DNA from: Chrysomallon squamiferum
Lineage: Eukaryota > Animalia > Mollusca
Direction: 5' to 3'
NCBI GenBank assembly: GCA_012295275.1
Contig: CM022673.1
Span: forward strand, 19,344,001 to 19,408,000
DNA length: 64,000 bases
Shown here piece after piece: positions 45,874 through 61,325 of the stretch (the stretch's first letter is position 1; every line of letters starts with the position of its first letter). The notes under the pieces are model-generated. The model was not told the origin of the DNA and searched no databases. It worked only from the letters and a program-made list of their open reading frames with translations. Made by a program: the position numbers and the translations under genes.

Positions 45874-48704
45874 TGCGTAATGTGTGTGTGTTTATGATCT
45901 AACTAATCTGCATTTATATTTTTAATGCATCTAGATTCCCATGAAGTCAAACGATAAAAGAATAACCTTTTCATACACCAACACTGATGGTTTGAATTTG
46001 AAGAACATCAAATTGAATATCACGAAAAATCCTGAAGATGGACCATCTATACAGATTACTGTCAACAAAATTACGGCCTGTGCCAAAGGTAACAACAAAC
46101 AATATTTCATAAACATAACAACAAAAACAAACCCCCCAAAATTAACAACTAATTTCCATATGCCTGAATAATGATGATGACGATGATGATGATGATGATA
46201 ATAATAATAATAATAAAGACAACAAAAACAAGAACAACGACATCGACAGCAACAACAATAATAAACTGTCATAATAAACATTAGATATAACTAGATGAAT
46301 ACAAATGAAGACAAATTTCGGAATTATGAAAATTACTCGCTCGTCATCGATGAAAACATTTGAAAATACTTTAAAAAATGTTTTGTTTGTTTATCGGCCT
46401 AAATTTATTTATTCTGTTTAATTTTAACTTTTCTTTTGTTTCCTCAATATTTGTAATATTTATGATTGAAATTTTTATTTTCGAGATGACGCTGTCAACT
46501 GTCAATGCAGAAAGGTTAAAATGTATTTTCTTAGACCAAAGTATCAAAAGAATATCTGACAAAACAAATAGACTTTAGCGCATATATTGCATTAAACTAA
46601 TTATCAGTGAAAACAGAAAGATGGACAATTTGAAACTGTATATAATTTGCTAATGACATACTAAAAGTCAAACTGTCATGATAAAAAACGACAAAGACGA
46701 AAACGACAAAGAAAAATATAAAAAATTAAAATGAACATAAAAAAGAAAACAAATAAAAAGAAAAAAAGAAAATGAAAAGAAAAAGAAAAACGGAAACAAC
46801 AAAAAAATTACAGATAATGTAATGGAACGAAAACAAAAGAAAACAGTAATTTTTTGTTTCTTATGACGCAAACATTTGATATTAAAATATGATAATATAG
46901 ATAATAATAAAAATTAATTTTGCTTATTTTTATTATAATTCTAATTAATATAACATAATATTTATTCCTAATATGTATCTTTAAATAAACTACAATAAAA
47001 GTTTATTTTAATCTTTAGAGCTGGAATTTTTCATGTTTTAAGTATATTTCCAGTTAAAATAATCTCATTTTTAATTCGTAATATATAACTTTTATTTTAA
47101 GAGCAGGCATCGGCTCTATGCATGCATCTTAGTGATTTCTTTACAAGTATTTGAATGACAAGTGAGCCCTTTTAATAGTTCACATAATCTTTGTTTTGAA
47201 TGATAGGGTACATTAACAGTCTTCTACCTTGTTTCAACAATACTGACAATTAACAGTTCTAAAACGTTGATAGCAATAACAATTATAAACAAAAGAAAGA
47301 TGCCAAAATGTCAATGGTAATATAAAGCCTATGTAACGCCTAATAAATTACATAATACCAGGTGCGGGCAAAGAATGTTTATTTTCTGTAAAGAATAATG
47401 CCATGACGAAATATTTCGCTAGATCACTCAGTAAACCTGTTGGATTACAATAATTATTTAGAAATATATATATAAACACCTTTTAAATATCTAAGTTTGC
47501 CTCAGGCATATTCGAAATAGTTATCAATAAATTTGATAACGAAAAAAACCAGGAAGTAGCAGTAGAAATATATATTTCAAATTAATTCTTAATAATATTC
47601 TATCAATAATATTGAAGATCTATTTAAACCAACTAAATCTAAATTAACGAGCAAACATAGAATATCTGCTTTTCCAATAAAATATATTCTCAAACCCTTG
47701 ACGGGAAAATATCTTTACCATTTTCAGAGACATAAGGAGTTTAAACAGAAAAATAAAGATAACAAATGACTAAAGAAATGTATATAAAATAAAAAGTTGT
47801 ATCATATTCCAAGAAACGTACTAAACCAAGAAAAAAATAATAATATATATATATATATAAAACCCACAGGATCCATTAATGAATCTCACATTTCGTTTAA
47901 AAAACATGACGTTCGAGATAATAACATAATGATTAGAGTAAACATAGCTTAGGCTACTTCGAGGACGATGCAGGTGACGCAAGCTATGCCTAAAACGTAA
48001 AACAAAACGAAACACCGAAACAAAGGCAACAAACACAAAACGACTTTCAAACAAACAAAATAATTAATGCACAAAACATGAAGGAAAAATTAAAGAAAAA
48101 TTAATTATGTCCTTCAGTATTTACGACAAAACCCAGCAGATATATCAATGATAGACTTTAATCTTCTACTTCTAGTAAACGCCCTTTATGGATAAGCTGA
48201 TATGCATGCAAATGAAATTTACACATTCTTTTTTCTTTGTACAACCTAATTTTTCATGGTATTAACCCTTTATGTTTGCTCACTGAAACAACATCATTTC
48301 TGTCTGTTCGATTCACCACGTATGGCTGTAGGAAAACTCAATAATGGAAATTCATTTCATTTTCAAGAATGTTGCAAGGACATGAGCCCAGTGTCACCGA
48401 ATGACTACGATGTGAAAAGAGAAAGTGGACAGACTTTTTGCTGTACACTACTCCATTCAAGATTTATCTGTACCAGTAAGAACGGAATTAGCAGATACCT
48501 TTAGAATACTCAAACCTGTTGCACTGAAAACTATTTTGTTGAATATACAACATGCTTAAATGCTTGAATTTCTTCTAGTGAATCTGCTTGTCTATTCCCT
48601 TGGTATTTGTATATCTATAATTTGCGTAATCACCTGCAGTTAAATGATCTGCATTTATAATACGAAAATTGTTATACACGCGATTAATGGAGTTAAAAGG
48701 AAAA

Positions 48705-48739
<35 letters not shown>

Positions 48740-50494
48740 ACAATAATAATAATAATAAAATAATAATAATAATAAAAATAATAATAGTAATGTAAAACAA
48801 ACAAAAAAAAACATAACATTTAAAAGCAATTGGAAATAAATCAGAAAATTTCTTAACAGTTTAACAACCAATCTAACATTTTTCGGGAAAATGGAAGAAA
48901 TCTTACGATTGCGTACATGACGTTCAGAGAAACATTGGTCGGTGAAGTTAACGTAAGGTAATGTACTTCGAGCACGATTCCGATGACGCAAGCCTTGCAG
49001 AAAAAGTGTAGCAAAAACAAACACTGAAAGAGAGGAAAGACGAACCAAACAAAAGGGGAAACAAACGAATGAATTAATATATCATGTATGAGACCTACTT
49101 TAATCAAGTATTTATTTTCTTGTTTCAGTGTCTTCAACGACAACACCCACTGTAGGAACAACTGTTAGTGCCACTCCTAGCGTCAGTGGAACAACACCTA
49201 GTGTCACAGGACCAACACCTAGTGTCACAGGACCAACACCTAGTGTCAGTGGAACAACACCTAGTGTCAGTGCGACAACTCCTATCGGTATGACTGGCTT
49301 CATGATTTAAGCAATTTTATGAAACCTTCGATCATTTTTCAGTTATAACAATGATAGACTTTAATGCTGTCTTTCTAAGTAAACGCTCTTTATGGATTTG
49401 CAGTTCTGAGTGGAAATTTAATTATATATTGATTTTTTTTCGTATAACCTAATTTTTCATGGTGTTAACCCTTTATGTTTGCTCACTGAAAGGACATCGT
49501 TTGTGTCTGTTCGATTCACCAAGTATGGATGTAGGAAAACTGTATAGTGGAATTTCATTTTATTTTCAAGGATGCGGCAAGGACATGAGCCCTGTTTCAC
49601 CGAATGACTACAATGTGAAACCATCTAAGACAGCAACGTTTCCAGATAAGGACACGGAAGTAACCGTAACTTTAGAGACCAACACTGACGAAACAGTCTG
49701 GTACAAAGTCACCTTCGATGCTCCCGATAAAATCACTGCTGTGGTTTTCACTGTTGGTGACAAAAACGTGAGTATTCAGTAAAATGTTATAAATCCTTGG
49801 TTTTAATGTCCGAGTACCGTATGCATATCTTGCTACGTTTAATATATAATATCACTATTATTGAACAAGTGTCTTCTCAGTCTGTATTCATATTCGTCTG
49901 CAGTACTTATATTGTAACTGGAGTTAACTTAGTGACGAAACCTTTTCCCCTTCTCGTTAAAGGTCAATGGAAAACTGGAAAATGAAAAATTTGTGTTTGA
50001 AACTGACGAAAATGGATTGAAAGGAAAGACTCTTACAATAAAACTAACACGCTCCGTGCCAGGACCTGCGTCTGTAACGCTCGACAATATGGAAGTGACG
50101 GCTTGCCAGAAAGGTATGTTCTCCAACATGTATAAAAATGTTAGTTTTGTTTCAGGTGTTACAAAAGAGATTTCAGTAGTCTTTTCAAAAATCAAGAATT
50201 AACGTGTGCTTTTGGTGAAAGGTGGTGTTCACAATTAAGAAAAGAGAAAGTGAACTAACGTTTTGCTGTACACTACTCCATTCAAGATTTATCTGTACCA
50301 GTAAGAACGGAATTAGCAGATACCTTTAGAATAGTCAAACCTGCTGCACTGAAAACTATTTTGTTGAAGATACAACATGCGTAAATGCGTGAACTTTCTT
50401 CTGGTGAATCTGTTTGTCTATTTCCTTGGTATTTGTATATCTATAATTTGCGAAATCACCTGCAGTTAAATGATCAGCATTTGTAATGCGAAAA

Positions 50495-50530
<36 letters not shown>

Positions 50531-52287
50531 CCAGAGAAAAATGCGTAACAGTAAAAGAATCTTGTTATATTAGTAGACACGCCTATGTAAAACAAAAGTA
50601 AACATAACATACAAAAGCAATTGGTAATAAATCAGAAGATTTGTTAACAGCTTACCAACCATTCTAAGATTTTTTCTATGAAATGGAAGAAATCTTATGC
50701 TTGCGTAGACGGCGTTCAGAGTAACATTGGTCGGTGAAGTTAACGTAAGGTAATGTATTTTGAGCACGATTCCGATGACGCAAGCCTTGCAGAAAAAGCG
50801 TAGCAAAAACAAACACTGAAAGAGAGGAAAGACGAACCAAACAAAAGGGGAAACAAACGAATGAATTAATATATCATGTATGAGACCTACTTTAATCAAG
50901 TATTTATTTTCTTGTTTCAGTGTCTTCAACGACAACACCCACTGTAGGAACAACTGTTAGTGCCACTCCTAGCGTCAGTGGAACAACACCTAGTGTCACA
51001 GGACCAACACCTAGTGTCACAGGACCAACACCTAGTGTCAGTGGAACAACACCTAGTGTCAGTGCGACAACTCCTTTCGGTATGACTGGCTTCATGATTT
51101 AAGCAATTTTATGAAACCTTCGATCATTTTTCAGTTATAACAATGATAGACTTTAATGCTGTCTTTCTAAGTAAACGCTCTTTATGGATTTGCTGTTCTG
51201 AGTGGAAATTTAATTATATATTTTTTTTTTTTTCGTATAACCTAATTTTTCATGGTGTTAACCCTTTATGTTTGCTCACTGAAAGGACATCGTTTGTGTC
51301 TGTTCGATTCACCAAGTATGGATGTAGGAAAACTGTATAGTGGAATTTCATTTTATTTTCAAGTATGCGGCAAGGACATGAGCCCTGTTTCACCGAATGA
51401 CTACAATGTGAAACCATCTAAGACAGCAACGTTTCCAGATAAGGACACGGAAGTAACCGTAACTTTAGAGACCACCACTGACGAAACAGTCTGGTACAAA
51501 GTCACCTTCGATGCTCCCGATATAATCACTGCTGTGGTTTTCACTGTTGGTGACAAAAACGTGAGTATTCAGTAAAATGTTATAAATCCTTGGTTTTAAT
51601 GTCCGAGTACCGTATGCATATCTTGCTACGTTTAATATATAATATCACTATTATTGAACGAGTGTCTTCTCAGTCTGTATTCATATTCGTCTGCAGTATT
51701 TATATTGTAACTGGAGTTAACTTAGTGACGAAACCTTTTCCCCTTCTCGTTAAAGGTCAATGGAAAACTGGAAAATGGGAAATTTGTGTTTGAAACTGAC
51801 AAAAATGGATTGAAAGGAAAGACTCTTACAATAAAACTAACAAGCTCCGTGCCAGGACCTGCGTCTGTAACGCTCGACAATATGGAAGTGACGGCTTGCC
51901 AGAAAGGTATGTTCTCCAACATGTATAAAAATGTTAGTTTTGTTTCAGGTGTTACAAAAGAGATTTCAGTATTCTTTTCAAAAATCAAGAATTAACGTGT
52001 GCTTTTGGTGAAAGGTGGTGTTCACAATTAAGAAAAGAGAAAGTGAACTAACGTTTTGCTGTACACTACTCCATTCAAGATGTATCTGTACCAGTAAGAA
52101 CGGAATTAGCAGATACCTTTAGAATAGTCAAACCAGCTGCACTGAAAACTATTTTGTTGAAGATACAACATGCGTAAATGCGTGAACTTTCTTCTGGTGA
52201 ATCTGTTTGTCTATTTCCTTGGTATTTGTATATCTATAATTTGCGTAATCACCTGCAGTTAAATGATCAGCATTTATAATGCGAAAA

Positions 52288-52323
<36 letters not shown>

Positions 52324-54078
52324 CCAGAGAAAAATGCGTAACAATAAAAGAATCTTGTTATATTAGTAGACACGCCTATGTAAAACAAAAGTAAACATAA
52401 CATACAAAAGCAATTGGTAATAAATCAGAAGATTTGTTAACAGCTTACCAACCATTCTAAGATTTTTCTATGAAATGGAAGAAATCTTATGCTTGCGTAC
52501 ACGGCGTTCAGAGTAACATTGGTCGGTGAAGTTAACGTAAGGTAATGTACTTTGAGCACGATTCCGATGACGCAAGCCTTGCAGAAAAAGTGTAGCAAAA
52601 ACAAACACTGAAAGAGAGGAAAGACGAACCAAACAAAAGGGGAAACAAACGAATGAATTAATATATCATGTATGAGACCTACTTTAATCAAGTATTTATT
52701 TTCTTGTTTCAGTGTCTTCAACGACAACACCCACTGTAGGAACAACTGTTAGTGCCACTCCTAGCGTCAGTGGAACAACACCTAGTGTCACAGGACCAAC
52801 ACCTAGTGTCACAGGACCAACACCTAGTGTCAGTGGAACAACACCTAGTGTCAGTGCGACAACTCCTTTCGGTATGACTGGCTTCCATGATTTAAGCAAT
52901 TTTATGAAACCTTCGATCATTTTTCAGTTATAACAATGATAGACTTTAATGCTGTCTTTCTAAGTAAACGCTCTTTATGGATTTGCTGTTCTGAGTGGAA
53001 ATTTAATTATATATTTTTTTTTTTTTCGTATAACCTAATTTTTCATGGTGTTAACCCTTTATGTTTGCTCACTGAAAGGACATCGTTTGTGTCTGTTCGA
53101 TTCACCAAGTATGGATGTAGGAAAACTGTATAGTGGAATTTCATTTTATTTTCAAGTATGCGGCAAGGACATGAGCCCTGTTTCACCGAATGACTACAAT
53201 GTGAAACCATCTAAGACAGCAACGTTTCCAGATAAGGACACGGAAGTAACCGTAACTTTAGAGACCACCACTGACGAAACAGTCTGGTACAAAGTCACCT
53301 TCGATGCTCCCGATATAATCACTGCTGTGGTTTTCACTGTTGGTGACAAAAACGTGAGTATTCAGTAAAATGTTATAAATCCTTGGTTTTAATGTCCGAG
53401 TACCGTATGCATATCTTGCTACGTTTAATATATAATATCACTATTATTGAACGAGTGTCTTCTCAGTCTGTATTCATATTCGTCTGCAGTATTTATATTG
53501 TAACTGGAGTTAACTTAGTGACGAAACCTTTTCCCCTTCTCGTTAAAGGTCAATGGAAAACTGGAAAATGGGAAATTTGTGTTTGAAACTGACAAAATGG
53601 ATTGAAAGGAAAGACTCTTACAATAAAACTAACAAGCTCCGTGCCAGGACCTGCGTCTGTAACGCTCGACAATATGGAAGTGACGGCTTGCCAGAAAGGT
53701 ATGTTCTCCAACATGTATAAAAATGTTAGTTTTGTTTCAGGTGTTACAAAAGAGATTTCAGTATTCTTTTCAAAAATCAAGAATTAACGTGTGCTTTTGG
53801 TGAAAGGTGGTGTTCACAATTAAGAAAAGAGAAAGTGAACTAACGTTTTGCTGTACACTACTCCATTCAAGATGTATCTGTACCAGTAAGAACGGAATTA
53901 GCAGATACCTTTAGAATAGTCAAACCAGCTGCACTGAAAACTATTTTGTTGAAGATACAACATGCGTAAATGCGTGAACTTTCTTCTGGTGAATCTGTTT
54001 GTCTATTTCCTTGGTATTTGTATATCTATAATTTGCGTAATCACCTGCAGTTAAATGATCAGCATTTATAATGCGAAA

Positions 54079-54115
<37 letters not shown>

Positions 54116-55871
54116 CCAGAGAAAAATGCGTAACAATAAAAGAATCTTGTTATATTAGTAGACACGCCTATGTAAAACAAAAGTAAACATAACATACAAA
54201 AGCAATTGGTAATAAATCAGAAGATTTGTTAACAGCTTACCAACCATTCTAAGATTTTTCTATGAAATGGAAGAAATCTTATGCTTGCGTACACGGCGTT
54301 CAGAGTAACATTGGTCGGTGAAGTTAACGTAAGGTAATGTACTTTGAGCACGATTCCGATGACGCAAGCCTTGCAGAAAAAGTGTAGCAAAAACAAACAC
54401 TGAAAGAGAGGAAAGACGAACCAAACAAAAGGGGAAACAAACGAATGAATTAATATATCATGTATGAGACCTACTTTAATCAAGTATTTATTTTCTTGTT
54501 TCAGTGTCTTCAACGACAACACCCACTGTAGGAACAACTGTTAGTGCCACTCCTAGCGTCAGTGGAACAACACCTAGTGTCACAGGACCAACACCTAGTG
54601 TCACAGGACCAACACCTAGTGTCAGTGGAACAACACCTAGTGTCAGTGCGACAACTCCTTTCGGTATGACTGGCTTCATGATTTAAGCAATTTTATGAAA
54701 CCTTCGATCATTTTTCAGTTATAACAATGATAGACTTTAATGCTGTCTTTCTAAGTAAACGCTCTTTATGGATTTGCTGTTCTGAGTGGAAATTTAATTA
54801 TATATTTTTTTTTTTCGTATAACCTAATTTTTCATGGTGTTAACCCTTTATGTTTGCTCACTGAAAGGACATCGTTTGTGTCTGTTCGATTCACCAAGTA
54901 TGGATGTAGGAAAACTGTATAGTGGAATTTCATTTTATTTTCAAGTATGCGGCAAGGACATGAGCCCTGTTTCACCGAATGACTACAATGTGAAACCATC
55001 TAAGACAGCAACGTTTCCAGATAAGGACACGGAAGTAACCGTAACTTTAGAGACCACCACTGACGAAACAGTCTGGTACAAAGTCACCTTCGATGCTCCC
55101 GATATAATCACTGCTGTGGTTTTCACTGTTGGTGACAAAAACGTGAGTATTCAGTAAAATGTTATAAATCCTTGGTTTTAATGTCCGAGTACCGTATGCA
55201 TATCTTGCTACGTTTAATATATAATATCACTATTATTGAACGAGTGTCTTCTCAGTCTGTATTCATATTCGTCTGCAGTATTTATATTGTAACTGGAGTT
55301 AACTTAGTGACGAAACCTTTTCCCCTTCTCGTTAAAGGTCAATGGAAAACTGGAAAATGGGAAATTTGTGTTTGAAACTGACAAAAATGGATTGAAAGGA
55401 AAGACTCTTACAATAAAACTAACAAGCTCCGTGCCAGGACCTGCGTCTGTAACGCTCGACAATATGGAAGTGACGGCTTGCCAGAAAGGTATGTTCTCCA
55501 ACATGTATAAAAATGTTAGTTTTGTTTCAGGTGTTACAAAAAAGAGATTTCAGTATTCTTTTCAAAAATCAAGAATTAACGTGTGCTTTTGGTGAAAGGT
55601 GGTGTTCACAATTAAGAAAAGAGAAAGTGAACTAACGTTTTGCTGTACACTACTCCATTCAAGATGTATCTGTACCAGTAAGAACGGAATTAGCAGATAC
55701 CTTTAGAATAGTCAAACCAGCTGCACTGAAAACTATTTTGTTGAAGATACAACATGCGTAAATGCGTGAACTTTCTTCTGGTGAATCTGTTTGTCTATTT
55801 CCTTGGTATTTGTATATCTATAATTTGCGTAATCACCTGCAGTTAAATGATCAGCATTTATAATGCGAAAA

Positions 55872-55916
<45 letters not shown>

Positions 55917-57676
55917 CCAGAGAAAAATGCGTAACAATAAAAGAATCTTGTTATATTAGTAGACACGCCTATGTAAAACAAAAGTAAACATAACATACAA
56001 AAGCAATTGGTAATAAATCAGAAGATTTGTTAACAGCTTACCAACCATTCTAAGATTTTTCTATGAAATGGAAGAAATCTTATGCTTGCGTACACGGCGT
56101 TCAGAGTAACATTGGTCGGTGAAGTTAACGTAAGGTAATGTACTTTGAGCACGATTCCGATGACGCAAGCCTTGCAGCAAAAAAAGTGTAGCAAAAACAA
56201 ACACTGAAAGAGAGGAAAGACGAACCAAACAAAAGGGGAAACAAACGAATGAATTAATATATCATGTATGAGACCTACTTTAATCAAGTATTTATTTTCT
56301 TGTTTCAGTGTCTTCAACGACAACACCCACTGTAGGAACAACTGTTAGTGCCACTCCTAGCGTCAGTGGAACAACACCTAGTGTCACAGGACCAACACCT
56401 AGTGTCACAGGACCAACACCTAGTGTCAGTGGAACAACACCTAGTGTCAGTGCGACAACTCCTTTCGGTATGACTGGCTTCATGATTTAAGCAATTTTAT
56501 GAAACCTTCGATCATTTTTCAGTTATAACAATGATAGACTTTAATGCTGTCTTTCTAAGTAAACGCTCTTTATGGATTTGCTGTTCTGAGTGGAAATTTA
56601 ATTATATATTTTTTTTTTTTCGTATAACCTAATTTTTCATGGTGTTAACCCTTTATGTTTGCTCACTGAAAGGACATCGTTTGTGTCTGTTCGATTCACC
56701 AAGTATGGATGTAGGAAAACTGTATAGTGGAATTTCATTTTATTTTCAAGTATGCGGCAAGGACATGAGCCCTGTTTCACCGAATGACTACAATGTGAAA
56801 CCATCTAAGACAGCAACGTTTCCAGATAAGGACACGGAAGTAACCGTAACTTTAGAGACCACCACTGACGAAACAGTCTGGTACAAAGTCACCTTCGATG
56901 CTCCCGATATAATCACTGCTGTGGTTTTCACTGTTGGTGACAAAAACGTGAGTATTCAGTAAAATGTTATAAATCCTTGGTTTTAATGTCCGAGTACCGT
57001 ATGCATATCTTGCTACGTTTAATATATAATATCACTATTATTGAACGAGTGTCTTCTCAGTCTGTATTCATATTCGTCTGCAGTATTTATATTGTAACTG
57101 GAGTTAACTTAGTGACGAAACCTTTTCCCCTTCTCGTTAAAGGTCAATGGAAAACTGGAAAATGGGAAATTTGTGTTTGAAACTGACAAAAATGGATTGA
57201 AAGGAAAGACTCTTACAATAAAACTAACAAGCTCCGTGCCAGGACCTGCGTCTGTAACGCTCGACAATATGGAAGTGACGGCTTGCCAGAAAGGTATGTT
57301 CTCCAACATGTATAAAAATGTTAGTTTTGTTTCAGGTGTTACAAAAGAGATTTCAGTATTCTTTTCAAAAATCAAGAATTAACGTGTGCTTTTGGTGAAA
57401 GGTGGTGTTCACAATTAAGAAAAAGAGAAAGTGAACTAACGTTTTGCTGTACACTACTCCATTCAAGATGTATCTGTACCAGTAAGAACGGAATTAGCAG
57501 ATACCTTTAGAATAGTCAAACCAGCTGCACTGAAAACTATTTTGTTGAAGATACAACATGCGTAAATGCGTGAACTTTCTTCTGGTGAATCTGTTTGTCT
57601 ATTTCCTTGGTATTTGTATATCTATAATTTGCGTAATCACCTGCAGTTAAATGATCAGCATTTATAATGCGAAAAA

Positions 57677-57716
<40 letters not shown>

Positions 57717-59475
57717 CCAGAGAAAAATGCGTAACAATAAAAGAATCTTGTTATATTAGTAGACACGCCTATGTAAAACAAAAGTAAACATAACATACAA
57801 AAGCAATTGGTAATAAATCAGAAGATTTGTTAACAGCTTACCAACCATTCTAAGATTTTTCTATGAAATGGAAGAAATCTTATGCTTGCGTACACGGCGT
57901 TCAGAGTAACATTGGTCGGTGAAGTTAACGTAAGGTAATGTACTTTGAGCACGATTCCGATGACGCAAGCCTTGCAGAAAAAAAGTGTAGCAAAAACAAA
58001 CACTGAAAGAGAGGAAAGACGAACCAAACAAAAGGGGAAACAAACGAATGAATTAATATATCATGTATGAGACCTACTTTAATCAAGTATTTATTTTCTT
58101 GTTTCAGTGTCTTCAACGACAACACCCACTGTAGGAACAACTGTTAGTGCCACTCCTAGCGTCAGTGGAACAACACCTAGTGTCACAGGACCAACACCTA
58201 GTGTCACAGGACCAACACCTAGTGTCAGTGGAACAACACCTAGTGTCAGTGCGACAACTCCTTTCGGTATGACTGGCTTCATGATTTAAGCAATTTTATG
58301 AAACCTTCGATCATTTTTCAGTTATAACAATGATAGACTTTAATGCTGTCTTTCTAAGTAAACGCTCTTTATGGATTTTGCTGTTCTGAGTGGAAATTTA
58401 ATTATATATTTTTTTTTTTCGTATAACCTAATTTTTCATGGTGTTAACCCTTTATGTTTGCTCACTGAAAGGACATCGTTTTTGTGTCTGTTCGATTCAC
58501 CAAGTATGGATGTAGGAAAACTGTATAGTGGAATTTCATTTTATTTTCAAGTATGCGGCAAGGACATGAGCCCTGTTTCACCGAATGACTACAATGTGAA
58601 ACCATCTAAGACAGCAACGTTTCCAGATAAGGACACGGAAGTAACCGTAACTTTAGAGACCACCACTGACGAAACAGTCTGGTACAAAGTCACCTTCGAT
58701 GCTCCCGATATAATCACTGCTGTGGTTTTCACTGTTGGTGACAAAACGTGAGTATTCAGTAAAATGTTATAAATCCTTGGTTTTAATGTCCGAGTACCGT
58801 ATGCATATCTTGCTACGTTTAATATATAATATCACTATTATTGAACGAGTGTCTTCTCAGTCTGTATTCATATTTCGTCTGCAGTATTTATATTGTAACT
58901 GGAGTTAACTTAGTGACGAAACCTTTTCCCCTTCTCGTTAAAGGTCAATGGAAAACTGGAAAATGGGAAATTTGTGTTTGAAACTGACAAAAATGGATTG
59001 AAAGGAAAGACTCTTACAATAAAACTAACAAGCTCCGTGCCAGGACCTGCGTCTGTAACGCTCGACAATATGGAAGTGACGGCTTGCCAGAAAGGTATGT
59101 TCTCCAACATGTATAAAAATGTTAGTTTTGTTTCAGGTGTTACAAAAGAGATTTCAGTATTCTTTTCAAAAATCAAGAATTAACGTGTGCTTTTGGTGAA
59201 AGGTGGTGTTCACAATTAAGAAAAGAGAAAGTGAACTAACGTTTTGCTGTACACTACTCCATTCAAGATGTATCTGTACCAGTAAGAACGGAATTAGCAG
59301 ATACCTTTAGAATAGTCAAACCAGCTGCACTGAAAACTATTTTGTTGAAGATACAACATGCGTAAATGCGTGAACTTTCTTCTGGTGAATCTGTTTGTCT
59401 ATTTCCTTGGTATTTGTATATCTATAATTTGCGTAATCACCTGCAGTTAAATGATCAGCATTTATAATGCGAAAA

Positions 59476-59523
<48 letters not shown>

Positions 59524-61280
59524 CCAGAGAAAAATGCGTAACAATAAAAGAATCTTGTTATATTAGTAGACACGCCTATGTAAAACAAAAGTAAACATAA
59601 CATACAAAAGCAATTGGTAATAAATCAGAAGATTTGTTAACAGCTTACCAACCATTCTAAGATTTTTCTATGAAATGGAAGAAATCTTATGCTTGCGTAC
59701 ACGGCGTTCAGAGTAACATTGGTCGGTGAAGTTAACGTAAGGTAATGTACTTTGAGCACGATTCCGATGACGCAAGCCTTGCAGAAAAAGTGTAGCAAAA
59801 ACAAACACTGAAAGAGAGGAAAGACGAACCAAACAAAAGGGGAAACAAACGAATGAATTAATATATCATGTATGAGACCTACTTTAATCAAGTATTTATT
59901 TTCTTGTTTCAGTGTCTTCAACGACAACACCCACTGTAGGAACAACTGTTAGTGCCACTCCTAGCGTCAGTGGAACAACACCTAGTGTCACAGGACCAAC
60001 ACCTAGTGTCACAGGACCAACACCTAGTGTCAGTGGAACAACACCTAGTGTCAGTGCGACAACTCCTTTCGGTATGACTGGCTTCATGATTTAAGCAATT
60101 TTATGAAACCTTCGATCATTTTTCAGTTATAACAATGATAGACTTTAATGCTGTCTTTCTAAGTAAACGCTCTTTATGGATTTGCTGTTCTGAGTGGAAA
60201 TTTAATTATATATTTTTTTTTTTTCGTATAACCTAATTTTTCATGGTGTTAACCCTTTATGTTTGCTCACTGAAAGGACATCGTTTGTGTCTGTTCGATT
60301 CACCAAGTATGGATGTAGGAAAACTGTATAGTGGAATTTCATTTTATTTTCAAGTATGCGGCAAGGACATGAGAGCCCTGTTTCACCGAATGACTACAAT
60401 GTGAAACCATCTAAGACAGCAACGTTTCCAGATAAGGACACGGAAGTAACCGTAACTTTAGAGACCACCACTGACGAAACAGTCTGGTACAAAGTCACCT
60501 TCGATGCTCCCGATATAATCACTGCTGTGGTTTTCACTGTTGGTGACAAAAACGTGAGTATTCAGTAAAATGTTATAAATCCTTGGTTTTAATGTCCGAG
60601 TACCGTATGCATATCTTGCTACGTTTAATATATAATATCACTATTATTGAACGAGTGTCTTCTCAGTCTGTATTCATATTCGTCTGCAGTATTTATATTG
60701 TAACTGGAGTTAACTTAGTGACGAAACCTTTTCCCCTTCTCGTTAAAGGTCAATGGAAAACTGGAAAATGGGAAATTTGTGTTTGAAACTGACAAAAATG
60801 GATTGAAAGGAAAGACTCTTACAATAAAACTAACAAGCTCCGTGCCAGGACCTGCGTCTGTAACGCTCGACAATATGGAAGTGACGGCTTGCCAGAAAGG
60901 TATGTTCTCCAACATGTATAAAAATGTTAGTTTTGTTTCAGGTGTTACAAAAGAGATTTCAGTATTCTTTTCAAAAATCAAGAATTAACGTGTGCTTTTG
61001 GTGAAAGGTGGTGTTCACAATTAAGAAAAGAGAAAGTGAACTAACGTTTTGCTGTACACTACTCCATTCAAGATGTATCTGTACCAGTAAGAACGGAATT
61101 AGCAGATACCTTTAGAATAGTCAAACCAGCTGCACTGAAAACTATTTTGTTGAAGATACAACATGCGTAAATGCGTGAACTTTCTTCTGGTGAATCTGTT
61201 TGTCTATTTCCTTGGTATTTGTATATCTATAATTTGCGTAATCACCTGCAGTTAAATGATCAGCATTTATAATGCGAAAA

Positions 61281-61325
<45 letters not shown>

